A stretch of 64,000 bases of DNA, from the IMG/VR virus record IMGVR_UViG_3300027026_000014, positions 1,586 through 65,585 of that record, one strand, 5' to 3'. Position 1 is the first letter of the stretch. The number at the start of each line of letters is the position of its first letter. The DNA is from a virus. Positions 1 to 10,079 of the stretch are shown here, piece after piece. The notes under the pieces are model-generated. The model worked only from the letters and a program-made list of their open reading frames with translations. It was not told the origin of the DNA and ran no database searches. The position numbers were made by a program, and so were the translations under genes.

Positions 1-66
1 GTCCCCCGAGAGCGAGGCGCATCTTACCGGACTGTAGTTTTGTGTCAACAAAAATGACGCCAAAAA

Positions 67-2478
67 TTACAAATTATTTTCGGCCGCTTCCGGATCTTCG
101 ACAGACACCGGTGTTGGCTGAATTTCATCCGATTCACCCTCGTCTTCCCGGGCGATATTATCGGGGAGCTGGCGATAATCTGTACTCACCATGTGCCCGG
201 CAATAATGACATCACCACCAGGCTGAAAGAGCCTGTCTTTTGGTCGGCCGATGTCCGGCGCATTGTAGTTACAGACACCGTCTGGAAATATCCTGCGCAG
301 ATCGTCGATGCGCTCGACAATGCCCGCAGCGGCATCACCGTAGGTACCTTTGGCCAAAGCGCGCTCGACGGGCTGTAGCGCACACTTGAAAACGTCTCCG
401 GTAATCGGTGCGCCGGCCATTTGTCGGGGCGTGCTATGGATTGGATATTGCTGCATACAGGCACCGACCGGTTTGTGGTTCCAGCTGCCATTCCAGACGC
501 CCGGACCGGCGGCCAGTACATTACCGTTTTCATCGAAGCAGCGATCCGTGGCCTCCACCGGTTTATTGCCGGCCACACCCAACTCCGGGTGCTCGATAAT
601 TTTTTGCATCCAGTGGTCAATGATGTCCAGCGCTTCGTCGATGGGGTCGTAGCTCTTGTGGCTCATCCAGATCAGCTGGTTGTCCGCATGCCCTCTGGCC
701 CGACGAATGCGCTCCCTGCTGGAAAACGAGGCAAGGCTGTGATGCATGTCCAGCTCGCCTTCGAGGTAGTGACGTACGTCGACAATCGGTATTTCGACAT
801 CTCCCAGGAAAACGTGACCAGAACGATAGATGCCCTCGATGGCTTCAACGCTGGCAATACTTCTCGGTGCCGGATTGTCGAGGCTACCCAGGTTCATGTT
901 GTGCTCACTCCACACAGAGAGTTCCATGGGGAAGACGTCGCCATTCATAAACCACAACTTTTCTCCGCCCTGCTCCGTCGGATCTTTCCATCCGCCAATC
1001 GTTGCATTGAGACGCAGGAATTCATCCACGCTGATATGCCCTTGCTGTAAAGCCTTCAGGCCGTACTGGACCCCCTGGTTATCCCAGGCGCTATTGGCGT
1101 AGCCATTCTGGCCGGCACCATAAAAGTCCCGCAGGTCCTCCCAGTGCGACCAGTGCGTGTTTTTGGCAACAGGTTCGGCAAAGCTGTTGCTGAAGTGCAC
1201 GAAGTTCGGGTTATTGACCAGTGGCACCAGGCCTCGCCAGCCCTGAACGCACTCGGAAGCACCGTTGGCAGTAGCGCGATAGCGGCCATCGAACAAAGCC
1301 GCGGCGTTTTCGAGGATTTTGAAGCGGTGATCGAACTCCTGTTTTGTGGCCAGCCCGATGACGGCCTCGCGTTCGGATACATCGCGCCAACGCGGGTTTT
1401 CTGCCGCTACCACATCGAAGAAATATTCCAGCGGCTCGCAGTCAAACACGTAGATGGTCTGACTCACCATATCCGGGTAGGAATAGAGGGGAAGCGCCGC
1501 ATCCAGAACACCCGGGGCATTCTGCGCAAACAGGTACTGCTGAATCGCACCGCCGGACCCTCCGATGCCCACGGTGTACAGCGGCTCGGCATACAGGGCG
1601 GAAAACTGTTTTTTCAGGCGGCGCGCGGTGTCCTCGGCCAGCCAGATGTTGTAGTGGTTGCTTGTCTGATTGGCTGTGGAGTAAACCACCGCATAGCCAC
1701 GAGCGAGCTGATCCGCGCGGCGATCAATGATCGACTTCCGCGCCATATTTCCCTGTCGGCGCCCTACACCCACGCCACCGCGAAACTGGTAGATCAAGCG
1801 CTTGTTCCAGTTGCTGGTATTGGGATTTGCCGCTGTCTCTCCCTCTCCCCGCAATGCGGCGATGGAATAGAAGAAACGATTGATGGTTCCCGTTTCCAGA
1901 CGCACGACAAAGTCGGTGGTCTTGCCGTTGACGGTGACCCGATCAATATCGTTATTCGCCTCTTCAAGCGGATAGAACTGACCATCAAGGGTGCTGCGAT
2001 AGAAATAGGAAACTGCGGTGCTGTGACTGCAATCCCGGCTGTAGCCGATCACCTCGTCGGTCTTCTGCCCCTCTTCGTCCAGGGAAAATACCGGCACCCC
2101 TTCGCCATTGTGATTGTCCACCAGGGGTTGAGCGCCAGTGACCGAGTTTTCGCCGCATAAAAACGGATAGGTCGATGGACCCGCAAACAGGGTCTCCACG
2201 GGGCCGGTTTCGCCTATCGCGATGGGAAAAGGAAAATACTCCGCGGGGCGCCCGCTCTTGCGCGGGTGGTCTCCCGCGTAGGCTGGCTTGGGGGCGTGGT
2301 TTAGCGAGCCATCTGGTACACCAACCACCGGCGCTTTCGGTACGCCTGGCAACCTCGGCAGTTTTTCATAGACGAACCAGCCGCCGAGCCCAAACAGAAT
2401 GAAAAATGAAGCTACCACTCCCGTCACTATCCGCCGTGTGCTGAACCGGGCAAACAGTTTCCGTGCGCTCCAAGCCAT
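67..2478 (-). CDS. hypothetical membrane-anchored protein (803 aa), N-terminal signal-anchor, large extracytoplasmic domain
   Basis: Long ORF with N-terminal hydrophobic segment (IVTGVVASFFILFGLGGWFVY); no motif I can assign; antisense ORFs in same region are GC-skew artefacts. Confidence 0.5.
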   Translation of the reverse strand: MAWSARKLFARFSTRRIVTGVVASFFILFGLGGWFVYEKLPRLPGVPKAPVVGVPDGSLNHAPKPAYAGDHPRKSGRPAEYFPFPIAIGETGPVETLFAGPSTYPFLCGENSVTGAQPLVDNHNGEGVPVFSLDEEGQKTDEVIGYSRDCSHSTAVSYFYRSTLDGQFYPLEEANNDIDRVTVNGKTTDFVVRLETGTINRFFYSIAALRGEGETAANPNTSNWNKRLIYQFRGGVGVGRRQGNMARKSIIDRRADQLARGYAVVYSTANQTSNHYNIWLAEDTARRLKKQFSALYAEPLYTVGIGGSGGAIQQYLFAQNAPGVLDAALPLYSYPDMVSQTIYVFDCEPLEYFFDVVAAENPRWRDVSEREAVIGLATKQEFDHRFKILENAAALFDGRYRATANGASECVQGWRGLVPLVNNPNFVHFSNSFAEPVAKNTHWSHWEDLRDFYGAGQNGYANSAWDNQGVQYGLKALQQGHISVDEFLRLNATIGGWKDPTEQGGEKLWFMNGDVFPMELSVWSEHNMNLGSLDNPAPRSIASVEAIEGIYRSGHVFLGDVEIPIVDVRHYLEGELDMHHSLASFSSRERIRRARGHADNQLIWMSHKSYDPIDEALDIIDHWMQKIIEHPELGVAGNKPVEATDRCFDENGNVLAAGPGVWNGSWNHKPVGACMQQYPIHSTPRQMAGAPITGDVFKCALQPVERALAKGTYGDAAAGIVERIDDLRRIFPDGVCNYNAPDIGRPKDRLFQPGGDVIIAGHMVSTDYRQLPDNIAREDEGESDEIQPTPVSVEDPEAAENNL

Positions 2479-2845
2479 AGTCGCCTCCGTACGCCTCTTT
2501 ATTCCCTATGCCACGCACCGCTTCTCGCCAAGCGAGCCAAAAGCGCAGGCACAGCAACAGTATATGTGGCGCCGGGAAAAGCGTCGGGGAGTTGGCGGGG
2601 GAGTTAACTCGAAGAAAATTCGGGGGAAATGGGTGACGGGGATTTACGGGTTATACCCCTGAGAAACTGGAGAACGGGGGTGCCACCAAGGGACGCAAGC
2701 GGTGATAGTTTGCTACGAAATCCGGATGGGAGGTGACGTTGGGCTATGAGGTGTTGGGCACGCTGCACTTTGCCCAACATACGGCGGAGGTCTGGTGGAA
2801 CTGTGTGGGAGCCGGCGCTGCCGGCTCCCACAGGCGTATCGTCCG

Positions 2846-3472
2846 TTAGTCGATGATGCCGCGCTCCTGCAGCGATTTGATGACGGCTTCGACTTCATCT
2901 TCGAGGGTCATCTGGTCGGTGCGCAGGTGAAGCTCCGGCTTGGCCGGTGCTTCATAGGGATCGTCGATGCCGGTAAAGCCGCGGATCTCGCCGGCGCGCG
3001 CCTTTTTGTACAGGCCTTTGGGATCACGCGCTTCTGCGGCTTCCAGGGAGCAGTCGATGAACACTTCCATGAACGGAAGATCACCCTCTTCGTGCATTTT
3101 ACGCACCTGATCGCGGTCGGCCGCGTAGGGGCTGATAAAGCTGCTCAAAACCACGACACCGGTATCCGCAAACAGCTTGGAGATTTCACCGACACGGCGG
3201 ATGTTTTCCTGACGGTCTTCCGCAGAGAACCCCAGGTTGGAGTTGATACCCAGGCGGATATTGTCGCCGTCGAGGCGGTAGCTCAGTACACCGCGGGCAG
3301 CCAGCGCCTTTTCCACGGCAACCGCGACGGTGCTCTTGCCGGACCCGGAAAGACCGGTAAACCAGAGGGTCACACCCTTGTGGCCCAGCATTGCCGCACG
3401 GTCTGCGCGGTTTACATCACCGTCGTGCCAGTGAACATTGGTTGCCTTGCGCTCGACTACTTCTTCCGTCAT
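2846..3472 (-). CDS. cysC: adenylyl-sulfate (APS) kinase
   Basis: P-loop GLSGSGKST, characteristic APS-kinase order ([13 protein letters not shown]...[10 protein letters not shown]...[10 protein letters not shown]), 208 aa typical length. Confidence 0.9.
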   Translation of the reverse strand: MTEEVVERKATNVHWHDGDVNRADRAAMLGHKGVTLWFTGLSGSGKSTVAVAVEKALAARGVLSYRLDGDNIRLGINSNLGFSAEDRQENIRRVGEISKLFADTGVVVLSSFISPYAADRDQVRKMHEEGDLPFMEVFIDCSLEAAEARDPKGLYKKARAGEIRGFTGIDDPYEAPAKPELHLRTDQMTLEDEVEAVIKSLQERGIID

Positions 3473-3682
3473 TTTTTCCCCTGGATGCTTTTCAGCTACT
3501 TGCTAGTTAATTGATGGTTAAATTCGGCCAATCCTCTGCCGAAGCTGACACGAAAAGATAAAAACTGGCGGGCATTATCCTAGATCGCCCCGGGACAGGT
3601 AAAGGCAACCGATAGAACAATACAGTGCCAAAACCAAAAAACCCGGCATATAGCCGGGTTTTCGGGACCAACAGGTCAAATA

Positions 3683-3740
3683 TGGGGTGGCCGACGGGGA
3701 TCGAACCCGCGACCTCAGGAGCCACAATGCCTTGCCTTTT
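3683..3740 (-). tRNA. tRNA 3' portion (variable region, T-arm GCGGG-TTCGATC-CCCGT, acceptor 3' strand, discriminator, CCA); no canonical 5' half - probable prophage att core / displaced tRNA fragment
   Basis: Reverse complement reads ...GAGGTC GCGGG TTCGATC CCCGT CGGCCAC C CCA; upstream sequence lacks D-arm/anticodon arm and a matching 5' acceptor strand. Confidence 0.45.
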
Positions 3741-3877
3741 CCTTAGGAATCAAGGACTTAGACGATCTTCGGGGGTAATGCTGGCGGAAAAATCCACCCA
3801 AATAACCCTTTAAAATCAACCACTTAGGATTCATTACCCTGGCTAATTTTATACGCATTGCGCATCTGAGGTACCCA

Positions 3878-4132
3878 ATGCCCTGCCGAACACGAATCCT
3901 GCGGCTCACTATAGAGGATATGGCACTGGTTTTCGAGCTGAGAAATGGAGGCCTGTCATTAAAGGACATCACCAAGAGGCTAGAGATACAGCCGACCGAC
4001 CATCCCACAACATCGCGCTGGCGGAAAGTTCGGTTGCGATGCGTTCAACCACCGCATCTGCCCAATCGCCCGGCCTATCAGCAGAAGAGGAACCCGAGCC
4101 GGTTCCGCCGGCTGCGTTACCTGTCCGCCTAG
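3878..4132 (+). pseudogene. possible remnant of IS630/Tc1-like transposase N-terminal HTH (84 aa, truncated)
   Basis: LSLKDITKRLEIQPTDHPTTSRWRKV resembles HTH of IS630-type transposases (S.S.V.RW.KR pattern); ORF stops after 84 aa. Confidence 0.2.
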
Positions 4133-4534
4133 TAACACGGAGGATATACCGCATGGTCGGTTGTGGTAGGCCTGATAAGGGAGGTTGAGAGAGTCAGTCC
4201 ACCTTGGGACGCCATTTAGAGCAAAAAATAACCAGGGCGAACTACAACTCATTGCTTCCTTTATATGACCAGTCGGATGCATTTTCCCAGCCGATATTTT
4301 CTGTTTTTCTACTCGTACAGCCGCCTTTTCCCATGAGAGCACGAGTCTATTGACACCCCTTCCCACATATCTGACTCTTTCAAGTGTCAGTGATCGACTT
4401 GACTAAACCTTGTTCACTTTTTCTGCAGTGAGTATGGGAGCTTCCTTTCGTTTTTCCATTGCAGCCGCATCCCGGGCTTGCGGCATTACCGTGGGGCATA
4501 AGACGGCTGGGCAAATCCAATCTAAGGACAAATT

Positions 4535-6289
4535 TTGAGCGTTGTTATCGTAGAAGAACTTCAGGATGGACGATTCATCCAAACGGATGTTGACAAATTG
4601 TTAAGCGATGATGTGCTGACAAGGCGACTAAGGATGGAGATCAGCAGGTGTCGAAAGAGAAAGGAAACCAGCCCGGTTCGCTGCGGTCTGTGTAAAGAGC
4701 CAATCTATTTGAGACGCAATCATTTTGGGGAGGAAGGGTATCATTTTTGTCATTTCCGTACTGACGACCCAGCATTAAGAAAGTGTCCCCAGAGGACAGA
4801 GAACCACGCAAGTATTGAACTTATGCGGTGTCTCAAATACATGGGCGCACAAGAAAGCCAACTGCACTATCGTCTCAAGCACCTAATAGCAGAGCTTCTG
4901 AAGCTCGATACCTCAGTGGAAAGTGCTACCGTCAAGATAGAAAAGGTCTTATCTCAGGAAAAAGAGTGGAGAAGACCTGATGTGCAGGCAGTCGTCAACC
5001 AACGGCTAACAGCATTTGAAGTTCAAGTATCAACTGAAATGGTGGCGATGATCGTTGCTAGAGAGCACTTTTACGAGAACTTCGGGAGCATCATCTGGAT
5101 TCTTCCTGCCTTCGATCCCGACTCTATGAACCAGAGTCAGAGGGATATTCAAACCACAAACAATGAGCACCTTTTTGTGCTTAATGACGAGATGCAATTA
5201 AAAAGCCGGAAAAACGGAACTTTAACGCTTGAGGTTTGGGTAAACTGGCCAACCTTAGACGATAAAAAGATTCGTTGGGAATGGCAGCGCCATGAGGCTT
5301 TTCTAAATGACATATCGTTCCGTGACGGTCATGCCTATTTGCTGGACGTTCAAGCCGAAGAAGCGAGGGTAAGAAGTCAACTTCAAAAGGAATTGGAGGA
5401 AGAAGCCGCGAAGCAACAACTTGCGAGAGAACGAGAGTCTTCCCAGCTCCAGCATGAGCGAGATAAGAAGTTTGTCGTCACTGAGTGGGGATACTGGTGG
5501 CCAAACTTCCTGGAATTCTGTGAAGAGCTGGTCGAACCGAGTCGTCGGACTCAGCTCAGAGAGAGGTTGGTCAAAGATAACTTTTGGTATACATCCTCAG
5601 TATCAGGGTTATGGCTCGCTCTACACGGGATATATGCTCGGAATTGCGAATGCAATGAGTTTGTTGTAAAAGCGCTTTTGTGCGCAGCAAAAGGGAGATT
5701 AGACTATGGATACAGCAGCTGGAAATACATTGCTAAGAGCTTGATTCGAGATCACCTTATTTGGTTTTGGCCATTTTATAATGTTCTCAAACTAAACATA
5801 GGTGTCAGTGTCCTAACAGAATTAAGGCATGATCACCATATAGACAAAACCATTAGCGACTTGAGAAGAAACCCGCAAATTCTGAGTGATGAACAACGAA
5901 AATTTCTTGGCTTGATCGAGCCCAACATAGGCTTCGATGTCACCCCCTACAACCTGATTCTTCCTGATTCGAGTGGACCAAGTTTTTATTATTCCATTCA
6001 GCATAATACACCCGGAGTCGGCAGCGAAGTGCATCCGCCAGACTTAAATATGGTTCACCACTACATGAAGAGGGGGATCTATGGAAAATTGATCATGGGG
6101 CGAAGATCAAACAACATAATCCACATATTGAAGTATTTTCAGAAAAGAAATGACTTTGTTCCTTTCCCGAATATCCCCATTGCAAAACCCGACAGCAAAT
6201 ATTACATAGAATATTCTGAGTGCAATGAAATCTTACCTTCATGGAGAAAACAATTATCAACCCTTGAAAATGATTTTTATAGCAATTAG
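4535..6289 (+). CDS. CoiA-like nuclease family protein with long C-terminal extension (584 aa), low-GC cargo gene
   Basis: N-terminal Zn-finger-like motif VRCGLCKEPIYLRRNHF...YHFCHF matching CoiA_N pattern, followed by RPDVQAV...AFEVQVS (D...E.Q nuclease motif of CoiA family); markedly lower GC than surroundings; TTG start with AAGGA RBS. Confidence 0.5.
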   Translation: MSVVIVEELQDGRFIQTDVDKLLSDDVLTRRLRMEISRCRKRKETSPVRCGLCKEPIYLRRNHFGEEGYHFCHFRTDDPALRKCPQRTENHASIELMRCLKYMGAQESQLHYRLKHLIAELLKLDTSVESATVKIEKVLSQEKEWRRPDVQAVVNQRLTAFEVQVSTEMVAMIVAREHFYENFGSIIWILPAFDPDSMNQSQRDIQTTNNEHLFVLNDEMQLKSRKNGTLTLEVWVNWPTLDDKKIRWEWQRHEAFLNDISFRDGHAYLLDVQAEEARVRSQLQKELEEEAAKQQLARERESSQLQHERDKKFVVTEWGYWWPNFLEFCEELVEPSRRTQLRERLVKDNFWYTSSVSGLWLALHGIYARNCECNEFVVKALLCAAKGRLDYGYSSWKYIAKSLIRDHLIWFWPFYNVLKLNIGVSVLTELRHDHHIDKTISDLRRNPQILSDEQRKFLGLIEPNIGFDVTPYNLILPDSSGPSFYYSIQHNTPGVGSEVHPPDLNMVHHYMKRGIYGKLIMGRRSNNIIHILKYFQKRNDFVPFPNIPIAKPDSKYYIEYSECNEILPSWRKQLSTLENDFYSN

Positions 6290-6509
6290 TCGATCCTACC
6301 CGTGGACCGGCACTTAGCTAATGCGCGACCTGGTAATTCTCCGAAAAATTAAACACGTAAATTTAGCGCCTACAGCCTTTATTGTTCGTTTTTACTCAGC
6401 GAGTTTCCAACCGGGGCAATTAGGTCAACCGTACCAGTTTGAGCAGCTAGAAGGATTCCAGTAAAGTACCGCAGCAACTGTATCCACCGTCAGCAGAAGG
6501 AACTCAACG

Positions 6510-7238
6510 ATGGGTGTTTATGAGCAACCCCCTGCCCCCAATGCGCCCCCGAAGGCACCCTCTCCACTAGAGCTGGCCATCTACCAGTTCGAGCAGAAAT
6601 GCCAGGATTACCATCTAGGAATAGCCAAGGCTGCCCCCGCGGACGAGACCCCAGCACAGGCACAAGCCCGCAATGCTGCGTTTCACCGGGACTGGAACCA
6701 CCTCCAGGGGCAGCGGGCGCAGATCATCGCCCTGACACAGATACAGGCCCAACTAGACAAGTACCGCGCAGACAACCAAAAGAAGTCAGCCATGGACATG
6801 GCCGCAGAGCCCCACCATCCCACTGACGATCTCGCAGACTTCATGACTGCCGTAGCGGAACCGAAGCCCAGCCCACACCATGCGGCTCACCACATTGTGC
6901 CAGGCAAAGGACAATATCAGCAGGATCGGGTGATGGCCTCTCGCCTCAACATGCACCTCCACGGCATCGGTATCAATGACCCAAAAAACGGGGCCTGGCT
7001 TCCGAAGTACAAGAGGTACAAGTACCACTGGGCCACACCAAAAGCACCAGCGCACACAGAGATCCACCGGTACAACTACGAGACATGGATCGCCTCCAAG
7101 CTCGAGCGCGGAGGACTCCCAAAGGCTGCGTTTGAAGCACAGCTGCGAGATATCAAGACACAACTGAAGTTCGGCGGCTACCCGGAACAGATCCTCGCGC
7201 CGAAAGACCCCAGCTGGCAAGGTGAAGAAGCAGAATGA
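6510..7238 (+). CDS. AHH-family (HNH/EndoVII-fold) nuclease toxin
   Basis: Motif PHHAAHHIVPGKG...NMHLHGIGINDPKNGAWLP typical of AHH nuclease toxin domains of polymorphic toxin systems. Confidence 0.65.
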   Translation: MGVYEQPPAPNAPPKAPSPLELAIYQFEQKCQDYHLGIAKAAPADETPAQAQARNAAFHRDWNHLQGQRAQIIALTQIQAQLDKYRADNQKKSAMDMAAEPHHPTDDLADFMTAVAEPKPSPHHAAHHIVPGKGQYQQDRVMASRLNMHLHGIGINDPKNGAWLPKYKRYKYHWATPKAPAHTEIHRYNYETWIASKLERGGLPKAAFEAQLRDIKTQLKFGGYPEQILAPKDPSWQGEEAE

Positions 7239-7810
7239 AGGTCTATCAGCTCAAAAATCTCCCAGAGCGCTTCAAGGCGTTTCAGTTAGACCCCATGAAA
7301 CTGTGCCAACAGTTGGGGAATAACGATCTACTGCCGCTACTGCTGGGCCACTCCGGCGGCGATACACCCCTGCTCCCACACTGGGTAGATGGGGTATCAA
7401 GCTCCTTCGTTGCGCTAACCAAGCAGGGCAACGAAATACCAGACCTTTCCCTATGGGGAAGCAACCGCCTTATTCTGAACGCAAGAGCCTACGACGGATT
7501 AAAGCGATACCTGGAATCTGAAGGTGAGTTTCTTCCTGTATTAGCGGACGGCGAGCCAATGCACGTTTTCAACTGCCTGTCCTTCGGCAAAGAAGATGAC
7601 AAGCTGTGCGTGAAGCAATACGTAGACGGAGAGCGAGTCGGACTGGAAACCCTTGTCTTTGAGGATGAGGACGTTGCCAAACGATTCCTGTTCAAGTCAG
7701 AGCTGCAATTTGGTGGTGCGCTCTACTGTTCAACTTCCTTCAAGGCACTTTGCAACGAGTTGGGGCTACAAGGTCTCCGCTTCGACGAAGACCTCCTCAA
7801 CCCCTTCTAA
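7235..7810 (+). CDS. putative cognate immunity protein of AHH toxin
   Basis: Start overlaps toxin stop (ATGA), 191 aa, no signal peptide; position immediately 3' of toxin. Confidence 0.5.
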   Translation: MKVYQLKNLPERFKAFQLDPMKLCQQLGNNDLLPLLLGHSGGDTPLLPHWVDGVSSSFVALTKQGNEIPDLSLWGSNRLILNARAYDGLKRYLESEGEFLPVLADGEPMHVFNCLSFGKEDDKLCVKQYVDGERVGLETLVFEDEDVAKRFLFKSELQFGGALYCSTSFKALCNELGLQGLRFDEDLLNPF

Positions 7811-7826
7811 GTCAAGGCGGCGCTTT

Positions 7827-8195
7827 TTACGCCGCCTCCCCTTCTTCAGGCTTACCGGTCTCCGGACCCGGGGCCTCGGTCCCAGATTCGGGGTCCGGCT
7901 TCTGGGCCAGCTCGGTCACGATCGCGACCAATCTATCGAGGTCCGCATGGGGCGCCCCGATACCCACTAACTGCTGCAGGCGCATAATTGTCTCGCCAAG
8001 CAAGTTCCTTTCCCGCAACAGCTGCTGCACTTGATCCTCCAACCCGGCCTGTTTGTCATAGGCGCGCAGTTTCGTCTGCGCCAGTTCCGCTTGGAGTTGT
8101 TCAATCTGTTTCTGAGACATGGGGCTCCTAGTTAGGATACTTTCAGGGTGAAGGTGAATGGGGGCAACCGGGTCAGAACACCGATGACCAGACAA
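7827..8195 (-). CDS. hypothetical coiled-coil protein (122 aa)
   Basis: ORF only; partially overlaps next ORF in another frame. Confidence 0.3.
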   Translation of the reverse strand: MSGHRCSDPVAPIHLHPESILTRSPMSQKQIEQLQAELAQTKLRAYDKQAGLEDQVQQLLRERNLLGETIMRLQQLVGIGAPHADLDRLVAIVTELAQKPDPESGTEAPGPETGKPEEGEAA

Positions 8196-8485
8196 CAGGG
8201 AATCACCACCAGGGACAGGGCTGCCCGTGCCAGGTCATTGCCCGGGCGGTGGGTCAGCTTCAAGCGTTCCAGGTCTGCGGTCTTGGCACAGTGGTTTGGC
8301 CCATCGACTGGGAGAAACGCCCAGTCGATCACCTGTTCGAGGAGACGCCAGAACAGGCGTTGTGAACCTTTGGCACGTTCAGCGTGAAAGCCGACGCGGC
8401 CACTAATAGTGGCATCGGGGTCGCCCGCAGTAAGGGCATTCCCCAGTTGATCGATTGCGATCAGGACGTTACGGATGTAAGACAA
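8132..8485 (-). CDS. hypothetical protein (117 aa), TTG start directly after tail-fibre assembly gene
   Basis: ORF only. Confidence 0.3.
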   Translation of the reverse strand: MSYIRNVLIAIDQLGNALTAGDPDATISGRVGFHAERAKGSQRLFWRLLEQVIDWAFLPVDGPNHCAKTADLERLKLTHRPGNDLARAALSLVVIPCCLVIGVLTRLPPFTFTLKVS

Positions 8486-8944
8486 TCACGGATTCTCGGG
8501 GAGTCCTTGCATGATTTCGGCGTAACGCTCCTGCGTCAGCAGTTCGAGGGAGACGAGATACTGCATACCTTGTACCGTCTCGGGGTCTTCGAGGTCAACA
8601 TAATCGGCCACGTTGAGCGCGTTCCAGAGCTGGAACAGCTCATCGTTGGCCTGCGCCGTATTTACAATCTGGCGGTATTCCGCCGGTGTGAAACTCAAGT
8701 GGAACTCCTTGCGTGTGAGCTGCTTCCGGCGCGCGTTAAATTCCCGCCACGCCTGCGTATCTTCATCCCAGCGCGGTACCATGTCTGCGGTCAACTGCGG
8801 CAAATCCTGCTCGCCGGTGTACACCGCCTGCAAGGTACCGGTCTGCGAATCCAGATGGATAGACGAGAACAGGTTGACATCGTCCGGCAGCTCCAGGGTG
8901 GAGCCGCTCAGTGGCGTAGGTAGCGTAAAGGTTACAATTTTCAT
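8486..8944 (-). CDS. tail fibre assembly protein / chaperone
   Basis: Located 3' of tail fibre gene; C-terminal region (HLSFTPAEYRQI...LWNALN...DLEDPETVQGMQYL) resembles phage tail-fibre assembly chaperones; start trimmed to internal Met (MKIVTF) to avoid 68-nt overlap. Confidence 0.55.
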   Translation of the reverse strand: MKIVTFTLPTPLSGSTLELPDDVNLFSSIHLDSQTGTLQAVYTGEQDLPQLTADMVPRWDEDTQAWREFNARRKQLTRKEFHLSFTPAEYRQIVNTAQANDELFQLWNALNVADYVDLEDPETVQGMQYLVSLELLTQERYAEIMQGLPENP

Positions 8945-8963
8945 AGCGAACCTATCGGTTGGG

Positions 8964-10079
8964 TTACGGGTATCCGGTATCCGTTCCGAAGAATTCAAAT
9001 TGGTTGGTGTATTCAGGGATATCGTGGTCAAGGAATGTTCCTGTACCTACCTTGAACTTAACTATCAATTTCGTATTTGTACTAATCCCTCCATAATAAT
9101 TTCCATTGGCGTAAGTGGGATACTCAAGCGCTTGGAAGTAGCCTTCCTCCGCATAGTCGTAGACATCGTGCCAAACGCCCGTCCCACTGGGCTCCATAGT
9201 GTCCGGTAAATAATATTGGGCGTCTGGATCGCCGGGCGGCTCGGGCACCGCCTGGAACATAATCTTGTAGGAGCAATAGTCATTCGCCTGATTACGCGTT
9301 ACCCCGTAATCCCAGTGGGAGGGGTCATTCGCGCTCTTAATATCTTTGTCGTAGAAGATCGGGGTGTAGTACTGACCTACCGCATTCGTTGTCGCCGGGT
9401 GGGCATTCGCCGCGCTCGGGTGCTGCATCAGACCTCGGCTTGTCATAATTCCCGCGTCATTGATCCTGAAACCGGCCCATTGGCCAGAAGAATTGCTACC
9501 GTCGTAGTAAAATCCATTACCGGTTTCGAGCAACAGGCGCCCGTAGGCGGACATCGCCCAGATGTAAAGTTCGATCGAGTTAAAACTGACAACCAACTGA
9601 GTGCCACTAGCATCTGTCACCGTACATTTAGGATTCGACAATCGCGCGAACCCTGGATAACCGCTCGTGTAAAAGCGGAAATTTAACGTACTGCTACTTG
9701 CCCCAGTAACTTGTACGAACGGGTTTTCAGAGGTATTGGTTGTTGTGGCGGACGTCCACGACCAGCTGTAGGTGTAAGGCGTACTGCCACCCGTTACTAT
9801 CACCTGAAGTGGAATCGTCACATCCCACTTTTCTAATCGGATAATCGTGCCACCGCCCCAGGACCTACCCACAACTTTACGATCCACGAGGCGGAGCCCA
9901 CTGGTGCCGTAGAAGTCTGTGATCTTTATCTGGCCGCTAGTAGGTACACCTGTGTTGAATGAATTATCCGGTGTATACGGGCCTCCCCGATACAAATCCT
10001 GCAAGCCAACGCCTGCAGGTGCAGCCATTTCGCTACGAATTTCCGCGATCGTTAGTTGCCCACTCGATTTAAGCGCCAC
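8964..10079 (-). CDS. tail fibre protein (distal / receptor-binding, 371 aa)
   Basis: Follows large tail fibre gene, Gly/Thr/Ser/Tyr-rich beta-rich composition typical of receptor-binding fibres. Confidence 0.55.
   Translation of the reverse strand: MALKSSGQLTIAEIRSEMAAPAGVGLQDLYRGGPYTPDNSFNTGVPTSGQIKITDFYGTSGLRLVDRKVVGRSWGGGTIIRLEKWDVTIPLQVIVTGGSTPYTYSWSWTSATTTNTSENPFVQVTGASSSTLNFRFYTSGYPGFARLSNPKCTVTDASGTQLVVSFNSIELYIWAMSAYGRLLLETGNGFYYDGSNSSGQWAGFRINDAGIMTSRGLMQHPSAANAHPATTNAVGQYYTPIFYDKDIKSANDPSHWDYGVTRNQANDYCSYKIMFQAVPEPPGDPDAQYYLPDTMEPSGTGVWHDVYDYAEEGYFQALEYPTYANGNYYGGISTNTKLIVKFKVGTGTFLDHDIPEYTNQFEFFGTDTGYP

Noticed and set aside
1144-2160. 338-aa ORF on plus strand
   Set aside because: Entirely antisense to the 803-aa minus-strand gene; typical high-GC antisense artefact without RBS or start context.
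2795-3514. 239-aa ORF antisense to cysC
   Set aside because: cysC identification on the opposite strand is unambiguous; this ORF is a GC-rich shadow frame.
3683-3760. Complete tRNA gene
   Set aside because: Could not build D-arm/anticodon arm or a 7-bp acceptor helix from the upstream sequence; only the 3' third is tRNA-like, so called a fragment.
4155-4535. Integrase or excisionase near the att-proximal end
   Set aside because: No ORF of suitable size or recombinase motifs (R..H..R..Y or Ser-recombinase) anywhere between 3740 and 4535; integrase presumably lies beyond the window.
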